Part shown: positions 63,206-64,000 of the stretch, piece after piece
Position numbering within the stretch: position 1 is the stretch's first letter
Layout of the letters: every line of letters begins with the position of its first letter
Virus record (IMG/VR): IMGVR_UViG_3300045391_002348
Coordinates: 1 to 64,000 of that record
Origin: a virus
Lineage: Duplodnaviria > Caudoviricetes
Length of the DNA: 64,000 nt
Direction: 5' to 3' (one strand)
Notes under the pieces: generated by a model
The model's input: only the letters and a program-made list of their open reading frames with translations
Told to the model about the DNA's origin: nothing
Databases searched by the model: none
Made by a program: the position numbers and the translations under genes

Positions 63206-63700
63206 TCACTGACCCAGGTTCTTCAGGTTATCGTCGAGCTTGACCAGCATCGCGGTCCTATGAGCCAACACGCACCGGCTCATCTCGTTAGATGAGAAGG
63301 AGGTCGAGTGCTCCGGCCACCTGGCCTTGCGGACTACCTCATCAAACAGGAGACCGCGGACCTCCTTCAGTATAGCCAGCGACGAGGGCTTCGCGTACTC
63401 GTTGGCGCTATTCTGGGCGCTTTTGACCCAGCCCAGGAACTCTTGGTTCACCTTCAAACGAGCCGCCTGATCGAAGGCACTCGAGCCGTCCCACTCGAAA
63501 GTATGAGCGGGGTCCTTATAAAAGTTGACTCGAAACTCATCCAGGTTCCTCTTGGCTCCCTCTAGGTCCCACCCGGCCGTCACGACCAGACCCTCTAGAG
63601 CCTCGTCGGCTCGGACGTCTAGGGTCTTCACAGGCTCCACCTTCACGACGGCCGGGGTAGAGACGACAGGGCGGTTCTTAGTACGGGTTCTCATGATCAT
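63206..63700 (-). CDS. Hypothetical early protein
   Basis: First gene after the promoter at 63841; start may be 63694. Confidence 0.65.
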   Translation of the reverse strand: MIMRTRTKNRPVVSTPAVVKVEPVKTLDVRADEALEGLVVTAGWDLEGAKRNLDEFRVNFYKDPAHTFEWDGSSAFDQAARLKVNQEFLGWVKSAQNSANEYAKPSSLAILKEVRGLLFDEVVRKARWPEHSTSFSSNEMSRCVLAHRTAMLVKLDDNLKNLGQ

Positions 63701-63840
63701 CTTCCTCTCGCTAGGAGACTAGGCGGCCGGGTTCGCACCCGCTTCATCGACTTTTAACGAGGTTTATTTTGTGAGGGCTCCTCGATCCCTCCTGGTCTCC
63801 CCGGGATCTCGTCCCCGGCCGCTTCCTCTCTGGTGCCTGT

Positions 63841-63873
63841 TATCTAGGGCAATCCCATGAGGTTGTAAATAGG
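63841..63873 (-). promoter_or_regulatory. Leftward promoter (CCTATTTACA-N17-TAGATA)
   Basis: Same core as 62075 and 2247; T-rich UP-like tract. Confidence 0.7.
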
Positions 63874-63892
63874 AAAAATGAAAAAAGTTGCA

Positions 63893-63948
63893 GAAAAAAT
63901 AAGTCCAGGATTATGAAGGACTTAGCTGGCGGTTGTTCAGACCGCCAG
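63893..63948 (-). terminator. Hairpins upstream of the early promoter
   Basis: CTGGCGGT/ACCGCCAG (63926-63948) and AAGTCC/GGACTT (63901-63923), followed on the minus strand by TATTTTTT. Confidence 0.45.
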
Positions 63949-64000
63949 TAGATGCTATTGCAATCATACTACCTCAGCCCAGGGGTTCGGGCCTGCCCGG

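Noticed and set aside
1-64000. Integrase, att site, DNA polymerase, tRNA, intron/intein
   Set aside because: No recognisable motifs; some may lie outside the window, so lifestyle cannot be assigned.

Overview
The whole window is a tailed-phage (myovirus-type) genome segment, GC-rich, with a P2/Mu-like contractile tail. The host is probably an alphaproteobacterium (inference from protein styles only). Layout: a leftward operon (1-2215); a rightward primase/helicase pair (2401-4832); a CATATG-iteron origin-like region; a NusG/RfaH paralogue heading a ~47 kb rightward late operon (terminases, DUF1073 portal, MuF, DUF2213 protease, DUF2184 capsid, neck, baseplate, sheath/tube, fibres, lysis; 6072-52765); and a leftward early region (52739-63700) with SNF2 helicase, TSCPD protein and a Ycf46-like AAA module. 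No integrase, DNA polymerase, tRNA, rRNA or CRISPR array was seen. The strongest unusual signals are: (1) a MuF head protein carrying an internal ADP-ribosyltransferase-like cargo and a second cargo, each preceded by an identical 18-aa tag (DTGWTEEAREAALAARRA); (2) two GT9 glycosyltransferase and three methyltransferase domains embedded among virion genes, next to Ser/Thr-rich 20-aa-repeat fibres, a candidate virion glycosylation/methylation system; (3) a conserved start-associated leader (GCGAGAGG) on six leftward genes plus a structured RNA element that would carry its complement; (4) one surface domain inserted in both the capsid decoration protein and the tail sheath; (5) an inverted VRR-NUC gene overlapping the SNF2 helicase start. 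Family names come from motif recognition by eye, not database searches.
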